DNA from: an uncultured Gammaproteobacteria bacterium
GTDB lineage: Bacteria; Patescibacteriota; Patescibacteriia; UBA1558; 2-01-FULL-52-15
Direction: 5' to 3'
NCBI GenBank assembly: GCA_964422585.1
Contig: CAYRBH010000001.1
Span: forward strand, 11,728 to 75,727
DNA length: 64,000 bases
This document shows, piece after piece, positions 27,617-37,929 of the stretch. Every line of letters starts with the position of its first letter. The stretch's first letter is position 1. The notes under the pieces are model-generated. The model made no database searches. It saw only the letters and a program-made list of their open reading frames with translations, and had not been told where the DNA came from. A program made the position numbers and the translations under genes.

Positions 27617-29056
27617 TCAAGCAATTTTCTTTGCTTTTTCAATTGCTTGCTGCAGTCGAGCTAAGGTCTCAGGCTTTCCTAGGAAAGCTGCTATCTCTGT
27701 CGGCGCAGGACTCGCAGTAAGCCCTGAGAGTGCCACACGAAGTGGCCAGAATACATCACCAGGTTGTAACCCCGCCTCTTCCGTTGCCTTCTTTAAGGCA
27801 AGTTCTAGATTGATATGAGTCCATTCTTGTGTGAAGTCTTCGAGGATCGTGCGAGCGAGCATCAGACCTTGTCGGGTCATATCGGGCGTACTTTTTTTGA
27901 AAACTAAAAGTTTTGGATCATAGTGCGGCAGCTTCCAGAGGAAATGAGCGAGCACTGGCAGCTCGGCCAGATGCGTTATGCGCTCAAAGAACAGGTTAAA
28001 GACCGCCACTTGCTGATCAGGCGCTATACCCGGCAGGAATGGGGCGAGCTCCTTTTGCAGTTCTTTTGGCGACTTTGGTGCTAGAATGTTCTTGATATAC
28101 CAGCTATTGTACCAATGCAGCTTATCGATGCTAAAAATAGCACCAGCAGAATGTATCTTGGTCAGTTCGAATGCCTGGATCAATTCATCCAGTGAAAATA
28201 TTTCTCTATCATCGCCAGGGTTCCATCCCAAGAAAGCAACATAGTTTAGTATCGCTTCCTTCAGATACCCCTTGGTGAGGTACTGTTCGACCGCGACATC
28301 ACCTTGGCGTTTAGAAAGCTTCGATCGGTCAGGATTCAAGATCAGTGGTAGATGACAGAAGTGCGGGAGATCGAATCCAAAGTATTCATACAGCAGGATA
28401 TGCAGCGGGAATGAAGGTATCCACTCCTCGCCTCGGATCACATGCGTGATATGCATCAGGTGATCATCGACCACATTCGCTAAATGGTACGTTGGTATAC
28501 CATCTGACTTGAGAAGTACCGCGTCATTCAAAGTTGCGCTGTCGAATGTAAGTGCGCCGTGCACGCTGTCCTCAGCCGTAATGGTCCGTGGTTGTTCTGG
28601 TAAGGCGATACGTACTACATGTGGCAGATTATCCGCGAGGTTTTTTTGTATTATTTCTTCAGGGAGTGTTCGACAGTGACCGTCATAGCGCGGCGGAAGC
28701 TTGCGTGCTTGCTGCGATTCTCGTAGCTCAGTGAGCCGCTTTTCGGTGCAGAAGCAGTAGTAGGCTTTTTTCTTAGCTAGTAAGCGCTGTGCATGTTCAC
28801 GGTAGACGCCAGTCTTGGCATGGTCAGATTGTATAACGATGTCCCCATCAGGGCGCATCCCGAACATCGACAGAGTGTCGATCAATGCTTGCGTCGCTCC
28901 GGGCACTTCTCGCTTCTGATCAGTATCCTCAATGCGCAATAAAAAGCTGCCGTTATGCTTCTTCGCCCAGAGATAACTGAACAAGGCAGTGCGGAGGCTG
29001 CCGATATGAAGGTAACCAGTGGGAGAGGGAGCAAATCTAGTCAATATTTTTTTCAT
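27617..29056 (-). CDS. gltX: Glutamyl-tRNA synthetase
   Basis: RFAPSPTGYLHIG, LRIEDTD, PTYHLANVVDDHLM, KLSKR. Confidence 0.97.
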   Translation of the reverse strand: MKKILTRFAPSPTGYLHIGSLRTALFSYLWAKKHNGSFLLRIEDTDQKREVPGATQALIDTLSMFGMRPDGDIVIQSDHAKTGVYREHAQRLLAKKKAYYCFCTEKRLTELRESQQARKLPPRYDGHCRTLPEEIIQKNLADNLPHVVRIALPEQPRTITAEDSVHGALTFDSATLNDAVLLKSDGIPTYHLANVVDDHLMHITHVIRGEEWIPSFPLHILLYEYFGFDLPHFCHLPLILNPDRSKLSKRQGDVAVEQYLTKGYLKEAILNYVAFLGWNPGDDREIFSLDELIQAFELTKIHSAGAIFSIDKLHWYNSWYIKNILAPKSPKELQKELAPFLPGIAPDQQVAVFNLFFERITHLAELPVLAHFLWKLPHYDPKLLVFKKSTPDMTRQGLMLARTILEDFTQEWTHINLELALKKATEEAGLQPGDVFWPLRVALSGLTASPAPTEIAAFLGKPETLARLQQAIEKAKKIA

Positions 29057-29771
29057 CGTAATTCTTCGTGACTACTAGGTAGGGGAAGATGATAAGTGCG
29101 CGTACTATGCGCGGTAAGCGTTTCGGTTCTAGGCTGAGGCGCCAGAGCCATTCAAGGCCTATGTTCCTGATGTATTGCGGCGCACGTTGTATTGTACCAG
29201 AAATAAAATCGAATGTCCCACCAACGCCGAGCGCGATGCTGAGGCCAGGAATTCTCGCTCTCTGCTCCTCTATCCAGAAGTCCTGCGCAGGGGATCCAAA
29301 GCTTACGAAAAGGATACGAGGCTTGGCCTTCGCGATACTTTCCACACTGATAGGTTCCTGAAAAATAGATGTTCGAAGGCGCGGGTACAGCTCTCGGATT
29401 TTCTCTGCAAGCTGTTGCGGACTCGTGATACTATTACTTTTCAGAAGTATAGCGACCGGGTAGTTAGTGCGTTCGGCTAGAGCCAGGAGTTCTTGGGTAA
29501 GTTCTACGCCTGGTAGACGGTCAGAGAATCGTGCTGCTACACCCTGCAGGCGAGCTGCCAAGATCAGGCCGGTGCCATCAGCGGTCGCTAGATCGGCGGA
29601 AGCTAGGAGGGCTTGATATCGTGCGTCTCGGTTCGCCGCCACAATGAACTCTGGATTCACGGTGACGATCTGATGTACCTGGCCATCCTGCAAAAAATCT
29701 TCTATAACTCCTCGCAACTCTGCACGACCGAGTAGTGCTATAGGAATGCCGCTGAGGTAGAATGTTCTCAT
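29037..29771 (-). CDS. WecB/TagA/CpsF family glycosyltransferase
   Basis: TVNPE, ADGTG, VSFGSPAQD, GVGGTFDF, RAP...GLEWLWRL..EPKR. Confidence 0.93.
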   Translation of the reverse strand: MRTFYLSGIPIALLGRAELRGVIEDFLQDGQVHQIVTVNPEFIVAANRDARYQALLASADLATADGTGLILAARLQGVAARFSDRLPGVELTQELLALAERTNYPVAILLKSNSITSPQQLAEKIRELYPRLRTSIFQEPISVESIAKAKPRILFVSFGSPAQDFWIEEQRARIPGLSIALGVGGTFDFISGTIQRAPQYIRNIGLEWLWRLSLEPKRLPRIVRALIIFPYLVVTKNYDEKNID

Positions 29772-30325
29772 GCGAGTTGTGTTGAAGTGAGCGTGGTATA
29801 CAGAGGGCCTTGCGGGCGTAATATACTTTCAATTAAAAGCACCTGTTCTGCATTGCATGAGATGCCGGCGCAGGGCCAGGCAAGCACGCTCATCTGCTCT
29901 TCCTGGCTCAGGATGCCGTCGATGCGTGCTACGGTGATATGTGGGTTGAAGCGGCGGCGATCTTGATCAGCAAGGCCACGCTCTGAAAGAGCTGTAACTA
30001 TGTCATCATAGAGTCGCTGTAGCTGCTCAGACGCTATAATGCGAGCTCCGATAGTTCGAGGTTTCTGTGCCGGTAATAGGATTCCGCCGCCGAGTTCAAT
30101 GTCAAAAATAGAAGTAGCTGGCACAACTGCTTCTAAGCATTCGATGATAGCTGGTATGTGACTATCATCGGTCTCGCCGAGGAACTTCAAGGTGCAATGC
30201 ATATCGGGAGGTAGCACAGGACGCATGCGTACTGAGGTCAGTGTAAACCGCTCCAGCTGCCCGCTGAGGGTTTTCTGTACCTTCGAAGGTATCTGCAATG
30301 CTATGAATAATCTGCTGCTTTTCAT
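29768..30325 (-). CDS. thpR: RNA 2',3'-cyclic phosphodiesterase (2H family)
   Basis: RLFIAL, HCTLKFLG and FNPHITVAR HxT motifs; start at ATG 30325. Confidence 0.9.
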   Translation of the reverse strand: MKSSRLFIALQIPSKVQKTLSGQLERFTLTSVRMRPVLPPDMHCTLKFLGETDDSHIPAIIECLEAVVPATSIFDIELGGGILLPAQKPRTIGARIIASEQLQRLYDDIVTALSERGLADQDRRRFNPHITVARIDGILSQEEQMSVLAWPCAGISCNAEQVLLIESILRPQGPLYTTLTSTQLA

Positions 30326-30450
30326 AGTTTGGATTGTAGCGGAGGGGCCCAAAAAAGCAATGAGAAAGAGTTGAATACTCAGGGTATCTATGGTATACTT
30401 TGGCTGCAGATATATGAATAAGTATTCATATTTTTTATTTTATTGAAGGC

Positions 30451-31815
30451 ATGAACTCAGTGTGTCGTTCAACTTTAGTGATCGCTGTCGTGGCCCCAAT
30501 GCTTCTACTCCAGCCATTGGCAGCCTTGGGGCAGTCAGAGAGCGTCATTGATTATAATTACATCATTTCAGACGAAGAGATGGCAGCATACCAGACCATG
30601 AGTCAGCAAGATATACAGGACTTTCTGCAGAGCAAGAATAGTTATCTCTCCAATCTCTCAGCTACGCTTGATACCGGCGAGCGCGTGTCGATCTCAGATA
30701 TCATTTTCAGAGCATCGCAAGACCATCAGATTAATCCCCAGTTTTTGCTGGTACTCTTGCAGCGTGAGCAAAGCTTGATCGAGGATCCCTCCCCGACGCA
30801 GGACCAGTTAGATTGGGCCACTGGATACAGTTGTCTTGATGGTCAAGCATGCAGTGATCGTTGGCGTGGTATTCAGAAGCAGATCTATAGTGCTGCCGAG
30901 CAGTTCCGTTACTACTATGATCATCCGGAAGAGTATACTTTTCAGCCAGGGAAAACTTCCACCGTCGATGGGGTTTCAGTAACCCCGAAGAATAACGTGA
31001 CCGCAGCGCTCTATAACTATACGCCGCATCTTTCAGGGAATGCCTTATTCCAGACTTTGTGGCAGCGCTACTTCACCTCCCTGCTCCCTGATAGCACCTT
31101 GGTGCAGGTTCCAGGTCAATCTGCGGTCTGGCTCCTCAACGATTCAGTGCGTCACGCGTTTACTTCGATGGTCGCTCTGGTCTCTCGCTACAATCCAAAT
31201 CTCATCGTGCCGATAACTGAGGCGGACCTTGAGAAGTATCCGGAAGCCGCAACGATTGATTTCCCGGCCTACTCAGTGGTTAGAACTAAAACGGCAGGTA
31301 TCATGTATCTTTTGACCGTGGATCAGAAACGGCTCATCACATCTCCCGATGTCTTCAAGACGCTTGGTTTTAATCCAGAAGAAGTTGAAGATATCGCGGA
31401 CTCAGCTGCCGCCCTGATCCCTGATGGCAGGCCGATAGGTCTGACAGATGCCTACCCTACCGGCGCTCTATTGCAGGACGAAAAAAGTAAAGATATTTTT
31501 TACGTTGAGTCAGATAGAAGATACCCCGTACTCGATGCTGCCATCATGAAGGTCAACTTTCCTACTATCACGCCAACTGTTGTAGCCCCTGCTATTTTGG
31601 ATAAGTATGCAAGCGGTTTCCCGATCCTGATGCGCGATGGTGTCTTGGTGAAAGGATCGACACCTGAGGTATATGTGATATCCAATGGTAAGAAGCGCCA
31701 TATCACTTCAGAGAAGGTATTCACGACCATTGGGTATAAATGGAGCAATATCATCACCACGACCGACGCGGTCCTTGATCTACATCCTACGGGTGATCCT
31801 ATCATTGTGAATTAA
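30451..31815 (+). CDS. Secreted protein with a putative lysozyme-like N-terminal domain and four C-terminal repeats
   Basis: Signal peptide; INPQFLLVLLQREQSL...ATGY...TAALYNYTPH; repeats such as LVKGSTPEVYVISNGKKRHI. Confidence 0.75.
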   Translation: MNSVCRSTLVIAVVAPMLLLQPLAALGQSESVIDYNYIISDEEMAAYQTMSQQDIQDFLQSKNSYLSNLSATLDTGERVSISDIIFRASQDHQINPQFLLVLLQREQSLIEDPSPTQDQLDWATGYSCLDGQACSDRWRGIQKQIYSAAEQFRYYYDHPEEYTFQPGKTSTVDGVSVTPKNNVTAALYNYTPHLSGNALFQTLWQRYFTSLLPDSTLVQVPGQSAVWLLNDSVRHAFTSMVALVSRYNPNLIVPITEADLEKYPEAATIDFPAYSVVRTKTAGIMYLLTVDQKRLITSPDVFKTLGFNPEEVEDIADSAAALIPDGRPIGLTDAYPTGALLQDEKSKDIFYVESDRRYPVLDAAIMKVNFPTITPTVVAPAILDKYASGFPILMRDGVLVKGSTPEVYVISNGKKRHITSEKVFTTIGYKWSNIITTTDAVLDLHPTGDPIIVN

Positions 31816-31820
31816 TATCT

Positions 31821-32618
31821 ATGCTTGTTTTTACGGCTTATACCCCACATCCTTTGATCGCGGTTCCTGATATTGGGAAAGAGCATCTGTCGAAGATACG
31901 CGGTACTATGAAGTCCTTTCGGGAAATATCTCAAGAACTATATGCCGCGAAGGTTGATACTATCATCATTATCTCCCCGCATGCCTTGCCGGTCGAAGGG
32001 GCTATTACTATCAATCAGCGCCCTGAACTACGGATCGCATTCACCTCATTTGGTAATTTGTCAGATATGATACCGGTTACGAATGATATCGGCCTTGGCT
32101 ATTCGATCAAAGAATCGGTCGAGACTGCATTGCCAATCGTTCTGATTGAGAATGAGGAGCTTGACTATGGGACTTCTATACCCCTGTTTCATATTCTTCG
32201 TGGCATTGCTTCTGATGGAATGCGAATTGTTTCTCTAGGAACCTGCGCTTCGCTCGACCTGCAGAAGCATTATGATCTTGGCGTTGCCATTAATAGGAAG
32301 ATCAATACAACCACGAAACGGATAGCAGTATTTGCCTCGGGGGACTTATCCCATGGAGCTACTAAGCACGCTCCAGGAGGTTCTATACCTGCGGCCGTTC
32401 CGTTCAATAATCTCATTCGTGATATACTTGAGCGTCAACCTATGAAAGCCCTGCTCACGATCCCTTTGGAAAAATATCAAGGCATTTCTGAGTGCTGCCT
32501 GCGTCCATTGGCGATGCTTGCAGGCATACTTGATGAGCGTCAGTATCATTCACGGATCCTTAGCTTTGAAACAGCATTAGGAGTCGGCTATCTGACCGCT
32601 CAGCTGCAGGAATCTTAA
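31821..32618 (+). CDS. Class III extradiol dioxygenase-like/MEMO (AmmeMemoRadiSam B-like) protein
   Basis: PHP, IISPH, LDYGTSIPL, ASGDLSH, GVGY. Confidence 0.85.
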   Translation: MLVFTAYTPHPLIAVPDIGKEHLSKIRGTMKSFREISQELYAAKVDTIIIISPHALPVEGAITINQRPELRIAFTSFGNLSDMIPVTNDIGLGYSIKESVETALPIVLIENEELDYGTSIPLFHILRGIASDGMRIVSLGTCASLDLQKHYDLGVAINRKINTTTKRIAVFASGDLSHGATKHAPGGSIPAAVPFNNLIRDILERQPMKALLTIPLEKYQGISECCLRPLAMLAGILDERQYHSRILSFETALGVGYLTAQLQES

Positions 32619-32637
32619 GTTTGTATCGAAACTAGTT

Positions 32638-33147
32638 ATGGAGTTATCACTCACACTGCACCCGACCAGGAGTCTATATACACCTTCGGCACCAGTCACC
32701 ATGTTTGATGGCGCGCTCACTGAGCTTGTGGCTGCTATGAATGAGGCTATGATCCGGGAGAACGGCATCGGTCTTGCTGCGCCACAGATCGGAAAGAACA
32801 TTCAGGTGATTATTGTGAAGGTTGGTGATGAAGGCAGTGAGTACAAGGCCTATGTGAATCCGCGGATTACTTTTGCCAGCCCGAAAACAATAGCTATCGA
32901 AGAAGGGTGTCTCTCTGTTCCGGGTCTGTATGGTTATGTGCGGCGAAAAGCGAAGATACGTGTGTCCTATCAGGATCTTACTGGTGCGAAGCGGATTGAA
33001 AAGGCAAGCGGCATGGAAGCGATCGTCCTGCAGCATGAGATAGACCATATCAATGGCCTTCTTATTATCAGCCACCCGATTGAGGTAACTAAAGGTACAC
33101 TCCCAAAGGGTGCTCCTGTGCTCGCTGCAAAAAAGTCACGTCGATGA
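32638..33147 (+). CDS. def: Peptide deformylase
   Basis: GIGLAAPQIG, EGCLSVP, QHEIDH. Confidence 0.97.
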   Translation: MELSLTLHPTRSLYTPSAPVTMFDGALTELVAAMNEAMIRENGIGLAAPQIGKNIQVIIVKVGDEGSEYKAYVNPRITFASPKTIAIEEGCLSVPGLYGYVRRKAKIRVSYQDLTGAKRIEKASGMEAIVLQHEIDHINGLLIISHPIEVTKGTLPKGAPVLAAKKSRR

Positions 33148-34073
33148 AAAAGCAGATCATTTTCTGGGGTACTCCCCTGTTCGCGGTCCCGATCCTCTCA
33201 CAGCTCATTAACCTTGGGGTTGTGAGCGCGGTAGTCACGCAGCCGGATCGTTTACAGGGTCGGGGTAGGAAGACCCGCTTGTCATCACCGGTCAAGCAGC
33301 TCGCAGAGCAGGCCGGCCTGCCAGTGCTTGCCCCGGAGAAACTTTCCGAGCCTGGCTTCAGACAAGCATTAGAAGCATTAGGGTCGAATGTATTCGTGGT
33401 CGCGGCCTATGGAAAGATTATTCCTCAGAGCATCCTTGACCTTTCAGCGCCCCGTGCGATAAATGTGCATCCTTCTCTGCTGCCAAAGTATCGCGGCCCT
33501 TCACCGATACAAGCAGCTCTCTTGGCTCAAGACAAGGTTACGGGCGTTACCTTGATACAACTTGATGATCAGATGGACCATGGTCCGATCATAGCGCAGG
33601 AACAGGTAGAGATTTCCCCGGAGGATACCGCCGTTGTATTGTCAGAAGCATTATCTTTGCTCGCTGCCAAGATGCTAGCTACTACGCTCCCCAGCTATCT
33701 AGCAGGTCAGATTGAACTTAAAGTCCAAGATCATGCGCAAGCTACCTATTGCAAGCTTATACAGCCAGAAGACGCGGCGCTAGATCTTTCTAAAACAGTG
33801 GCTGAGTTGTATGCGCATATTCGAGCCATGCAGCCATGGCCTGGTAGTTATGTTCAGTGGAATGCCTTACGGTTGAAAATACACGGCGCTAAGCCTCTGC
33901 CTGGTATACGGCCTACAGCGCTCTTTACTCGCAGCCAGGCTGGAAATCTCCTTATACGCGCTTCTGACGGTGCTATAGAGGCTTTAACGGTCCAATTAGA
34001 GGGTAAACCTAGTATGCCATCAGTTTCCTTTTTAAACGGCTATCCAGCTATTCTAGACGCCAGTACTCGTTAG
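33144..34073 (+). CDS. fmt: Methionyl-tRNA formyltransferase
   Basis: FWGTPLFA, VVTQPDR, NVHPSLLPKYRGPSPIQ, MDHGPI; follows def. Confidence 0.97.
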   Translation: MKKQIIFWGTPLFAVPILSQLINLGVVSAVVTQPDRLQGRGRKTRLSSPVKQLAEQAGLPVLAPEKLSEPGFRQALEALGSNVFVVAAYGKIIPQSILDLSAPRAINVHPSLLPKYRGPSPIQAALLAQDKVTGVTLIQLDDQMDHGPIIAQEQVEISPEDTAVVLSEALSLLAAKMLATTLPSYLAGQIELKVQDHAQATYCKLIQPEDAALDLSKTVAELYAHIRAMQPWPGSYVQWNALRLKIHGAKPLPGIRPTALFTRSQAGNLLIRASDGAIEALTVQLEGKPSMPSVSFLNGYPAILDASTR

Positions 34074-35587
34074 TTGCGGTGTTTCTCAGTAACCCAAAAG
34101 TCAAGGTAGTTTCCGAGCATCAGGCGTGTCTGGGCATCGATAGCTGGGATGGCTCCGAAGAGTATCATGGTGATAGGAAAGAGCGCCCATTGCAGCACCA
34201 TCACTGAGTACTGGACGAGCTTATTCAATCCTTTTAGAGGCCTTCGAGGAAGTATGACCGTACTCAAGATTGCTATGACGATAACCCCCCAGATGGCAAG
34301 CGTCATAATGAAGCTGAGGATCAGTGGTGCCTGCTGTATGATCACTGAGTTGTCATGATTGATATCGGTAATAAGTAGTGGGAGGCGGCCAGCTATGAAC
34401 ATAATGATGGGCGCCGTAGCCCAGGAATATACCCCTTCGGTTTGATTCCAAAGATAGGTTACCTTTTTTTTCAAGGGTATCTTTTTATTTTGAGCGAAGT
34501 GCCAGACCATATACGGGAAATGTTCTACGCCATAAGCCCAGCGCCGCATTTGTTTGTACTGGTTAATGAGGCTCCGTTTCAGATTGCCGACGAAGACCGT
34601 GTTCATGGATACCGTGATATACATCGGGAATACCTGGTAATCACCATTATAGCGGATAAGACATTGTAGGAAGATGCGCGAGTCTTCGGTAACGATATTA
34701 TTCTGCCAAAAGCCAACATCGACCAATGCCTGCCAGCTCATGCTATGCGAAGAAAAAGTAAATAACCTGTCCGATCGAGCGAGATCTGTCAAAAGCCAGA
34801 AGGTTGTTGAGTTGGCGACTAAACGGGTTATCAGATCCGACTCCCAGATATTATTGTGGTAGAAGGTCAGTGGCTGGAAACTCGCATGATACGGATTCGG
34901 ATGATCCAGGAATTGATAGGTCAGGTATGAAAAATATTGCGGATGTGCGATGGTGTCAATGTCAAAAGTTGATACTATAATTTTCCGGTAGTCGATGCCA
35001 AGACTATCAATATATTTTTTAGCCTCATGGCCAGCATGGTAGAGATTTGAGCCTTTACCGGGAAGCTCCCCTGGTAGGTTCTTCGGATGCAGCGTGGTGA
35101 GTATAGTGTTGAAGTGGGCGCCATACTGCTCGACTGCCTGTTGGGCGACATCTTTGAAATGCGCAGCGTCTCGCTCCTCTCCCGCAAGGACGAGCATCAT
35201 ATGCTTCTTATGAGTATAGGTCGACTCCGCAATACCTTTCAGTGTCGCGTCGATAATAGCATAGGGCTCTTTATAGGTTGGCAGGAATATGACATGCCAG
35301 TACGTTTCCCAGTCTTTGGTTTTGCCTGACCCGAAATCATCGTTAAGCTTGGCGTTCCAGTCGATCTTCCTAGTCGCACGAAAACGTGACCAGGAAATGA
35401 ATACATAGAGCATGAGATAGGATACCCGCAGAAGCCAGTACAGATCGAAAAGGATAATGAAGTAAATTGCCAGTATTGGTCGTAGTACTGACAGCACTAT
35501 GAGAACAGCAAAAGTTGCCCAGACGAGTGTGCCCGGTATAATTTCAAGTATACGATAGTAGAGGTATTTTTTCTTCTCAGCTGACAT
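34070..35587 (-). CDS. Membrane-embedded processive-type GT2 glycosyltransferase
   Basis: LPTYKEP, GKGSN, FDID, TED and QMRRW (D,D,D,QxxRW) with flanking TMs. Confidence 0.88.
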   Translation of the reverse strand: MSAEKKKYLYYRILEIIPGTLVWATFAVLIVLSVLRPILAIYFIILFDLYWLLRVSYLMLYVFISWSRFRATRKIDWNAKLNDDFGSGKTKDWETYWHVIFLPTYKEPYAIIDATLKGIAESTYTHKKHMMLVLAGEERDAAHFKDVAQQAVEQYGAHFNTILTTLHPKNLPGELPGKGSNLYHAGHEAKKYIDSLGIDYRKIIVSTFDIDTIAHPQYFSYLTYQFLDHPNPYHASFQPLTFYHNNIWESDLITRLVANSTTFWLLTDLARSDRLFTFSSHSMSWQALVDVGFWQNNIVTEDSRIFLQCLIRYNGDYQVFPMYITVSMNTVFVGNLKRSLINQYKQMRRWAYGVEHFPYMVWHFAQNKKIPLKKKVTYLWNQTEGVYSWATAPIIMFIAGRLPLLITDINHDNSVIIQQAPLILSFIMTLAIWGVIVIAILSTVILPRRPLKGLNKLVQYSVMVLQWALFPITMILFGAIPAIDAQTRLMLGNYLDFWVTEKHRN

Positions 35588-35613
35588 GCTGGGCTGGGTG
35601 GGGGCAGGCTTGC

Positions 35614-36702
35614 TTAGTAGCTTTCCATGAAATTAATGCCTTTCGCCAGAGTATAGCGATTCATTCCGCGAGCCGCAAGACCAAGTGCCCCAGCATAGTA
35701 CATCTCTTGGGAGTTGGTCATAGAACTCGAGCCAAGCTGTCCCTTGGTTGTATGCATATCGCTGAACCAGGGTGTCCCTCGTTTGGTCGGAACGCCAAGA
35801 GTATGTTCGGTTGCTGTACGAATACCTCGTAGGCGAGCTCCTCCGCCGGTGATGATGATCTTGGTAATGACCTGTCCAAAATCAGCCAGTGAGGCAGACA
35901 GTTGAGCGAGCAGCGCCCCTATCTCTTTTTTCAATACTGTATGCAACTCCTGAGTCCCCGATCCGGTCAGGCCAACATGTATTTTTAATCGTTCAGCCTC
36001 ATCGAAGCTGGTATGCGTTGCTGCAGCGACTAGCTTGGTGAGATCAAGTCCCCCCTGATCTATCGTATGCGAATAACGCAAGCCACTGCGATCAGTCACC
36101 GATACCGTCGTCATGCGGTAGCCAAAGTCAATGATCGCAATCAATTCACCTGTATGCATCTGTTTAATGAGTGAGCGTTGTAATGCGAGCGATTCCATCT
36201 CGACTGCTACCAGTGTAATGCCGGCTTTCTTGAAAAAAAGTTCCCACTGCTTGACATGATCTTTGCTGGTGGTGAACAGCGTAAGTTCCCCTGTTGTATC
36301 AGGTAGTTCACGGTAGCTCCAGCGTAGAAGAGGGTTAGGGATGCGGTAGTGCATTCTGCGATATAGTATCTCAGCGCTGCGGTGCAGGCTATCGTATGAC
36401 GGCATTGGTCCGGTATGTGGGAGCGGTAGTATTTTTGTAAGTATTTGAGCGTCGGGTAACGCGGTGCACACTGCTGTCGTTTGAGGGTCAATGGCAGTTT
36501 TCTCCAGCAGCTCGCCCAGCGCCTCTGTCAGCAGAACAGGGTCTTGGATGCGACCATGCACGATAGCATGTTCGGGTAGTATTACTCGAGCGAATTCTGT
36601 GAGAACAGGAAGCCCATCGCGTCGTTCTTGTACATTAGCAAGCTCGAGACTACCATCCGAGATATCAATACCGATAGCATGGGTGATGAGTTCTCGTTTC
36701 AT
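35614..36702 (-). CDS. pilM: PilM-like type IV pilus assembly protein (actin fold)
   Basis: IGIDISDG, EMESLALQR, IDFG, EAERLK, ITGGGARL, ALGLAAR. Confidence 0.82.
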   Translation of the reverse strand: MKRELITHAIGIDISDGSLELANVQERRDGLPVLTEFARVILPEHAIVHGRIQDPVLLTEALGELLEKTAIDPQTTAVCTALPDAQILTKILPLPHTGPMPSYDSLHRSAEILYRRMHYRIPNPLLRWSYRELPDTTGELTLFTTSKDHVKQWELFFKKAGITLVAVEMESLALQRSLIKQMHTGELIAIIDFGYRMTTVSVTDRSGLRYSHTIDQGGLDLTKLVAAATHTSFDEAERLKIHVGLTGSGTQELHTVLKKEIGALLAQLSASLADFGQVITKIIITGGGARLRGIRTATEHTLGVPTKRGTPWFSDMHTTKGQLGSSSMTNSQEMYYAGALGLAARGMNRYTLAKGINFMESY

Positions 36703-37076
36703 GCGTCAGTCTTCTTTTCAGGTTCTCGAAGCCATATCGTTGCTTTATTCCTGGTGGAGAAGAATTTCATCGCATCATAACCTGACGTATTGATGATAAA
36801 GAAAGAAACGGCTTTCATAAGCGGCGATTCCCCAAACAGCGCTATTTTTTTGATATTATGCCGATTTGATTGCAATGCGTTGATGATGATCTGGCGTTGC
36901 AAAGAATTCGGACGCTGCGCTCTCGTCAGATCGACCAACACTGCGATTGGGCCATGCTCTTCAAGGAGTCCGGTAAGGACATTGACGGAAAGGCTAGTGC
37001 CCTCGACATCGCCCGTTGTATTTCCAGGTATCCAATTGAGTATGCCGTCATTATCGACAAAGACTCTATCCTTCAT
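36699..37076 (-). CDS. STAS/SpoIIAA-like small protein
   Basis: VLVDLT...KKIALFG...MKFFSTRNKATIWL pattern; stop overlaps the pilM start. Confidence 0.7.
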   Translation of the reverse strand: MKDRVFVDNDGILNWIPGNTTGDVEGTSLSVNVLTGLLEEHGPIAVLVDLTRAQRPNSLQRQIIINALQSNRHNIKKIALFGESPLMKAVSFFIINTSGYDAMKFFSTRNKATIWLREPEKKTDA

Positions 37077-37127
37077 AGGGATGATGCGTTACTGTCTCTA
37101 TAGTATACCACATTGCTCCCCTGCTCG

Positions 37128-37901
37128 CTAAAAGACCAGTTCAATGCCAATCGGACAATGATCGGATCCTTGCACTTTTGGGTAGATAGCGGCACCTTTG
37201 ATATTCTTTTGTAAGTTTTCTGAAATGAAAAAATAGTCAATACGCCAGCCCACATTTCGTTCTCTGGCCTTTGTTTTGTAGTCCCACCAGGTATAGTTCT
37301 TAGGTTTCTTATTGAACAGCCTGAACGTATCTATGAATCCAGCCTTAATGAAGGTGTCGATCCAGGCGCGCTCCTTGGGCAGGAAGCCGGTAACGGTTGC
37401 GTTCTCTTTTGGGCGGGCAAGGTCGATCTCGGTATGGGCCGTATTCACATCACCACAAACAATTATTTTTTTCCCGGCTTTCTTGAGTTTATTTACCTGA
37501 GTTAAGAATGCGTCGTAGTATGCCATTTTATACTGTATACGATGCTCTCCCTGTCCCCCATTGGGGAAATAGACATTGAACAATAGGAACTCTCCGAAGT
37601 CGGCCATCATGGTTCGTCCCTCCGCGTCGAGTAACGGTTGTCCGAAAGAGACTTTGAGATCTCGCGGCTCTTGTTTCGTATACAGAGCAACGCCGCTATA
37701 ACCCTTGCGCTCCCCTAAATGCCAGTATGAGAAATAACCCTCCGGGTTCAAGAGCTCTTTGGACAGCTGGCTTGGATGTGCTTTTGTTTCCTGGATCGCG
37801 AGTATGTCAGGTTTGGTTTTTTTCAGCCAGGCTAGGAAACCTTTATTTGAAACAGCACGAATGCCGTTCACATTCCAAGATAGGATTGATATTTTTTTCA
37901 T
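37128..37901 (-). CDS. xth: Exodeoxyribonuclease III/AP endonuclease
   Basis: SWNVNGIRA, QETK, GYSGV, NVYFPNG, GDVNTAH, GWRIDYF, GSDHCP. Confidence 0.97.
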   Translation of the reverse strand: MKKISILSWNVNGIRAVSNKGFLAWLKKTKPDILAIQETKAHPSQLSKELLNPEGYFSYWHLGERKGYSGVALYTKQEPRDLKVSFGQPLLDAEGRTMMADFGEFLLFNVYFPNGGQGEHRIQYKMAYYDAFLTQVNKLKKAGKKIIVCGDVNTAHTEIDLARPKENATVTGFLPKERAWIDTFIKAGFIDTFRLFNKKPKNYTWWDYKTKARERNVGWRIDYFFISENLQKNIKGAAIYPKVQGSDHCPIGIELVF

Positions 37902-37929
37902 AGTGTCTCCTACAGACAGTCTAGCACTC

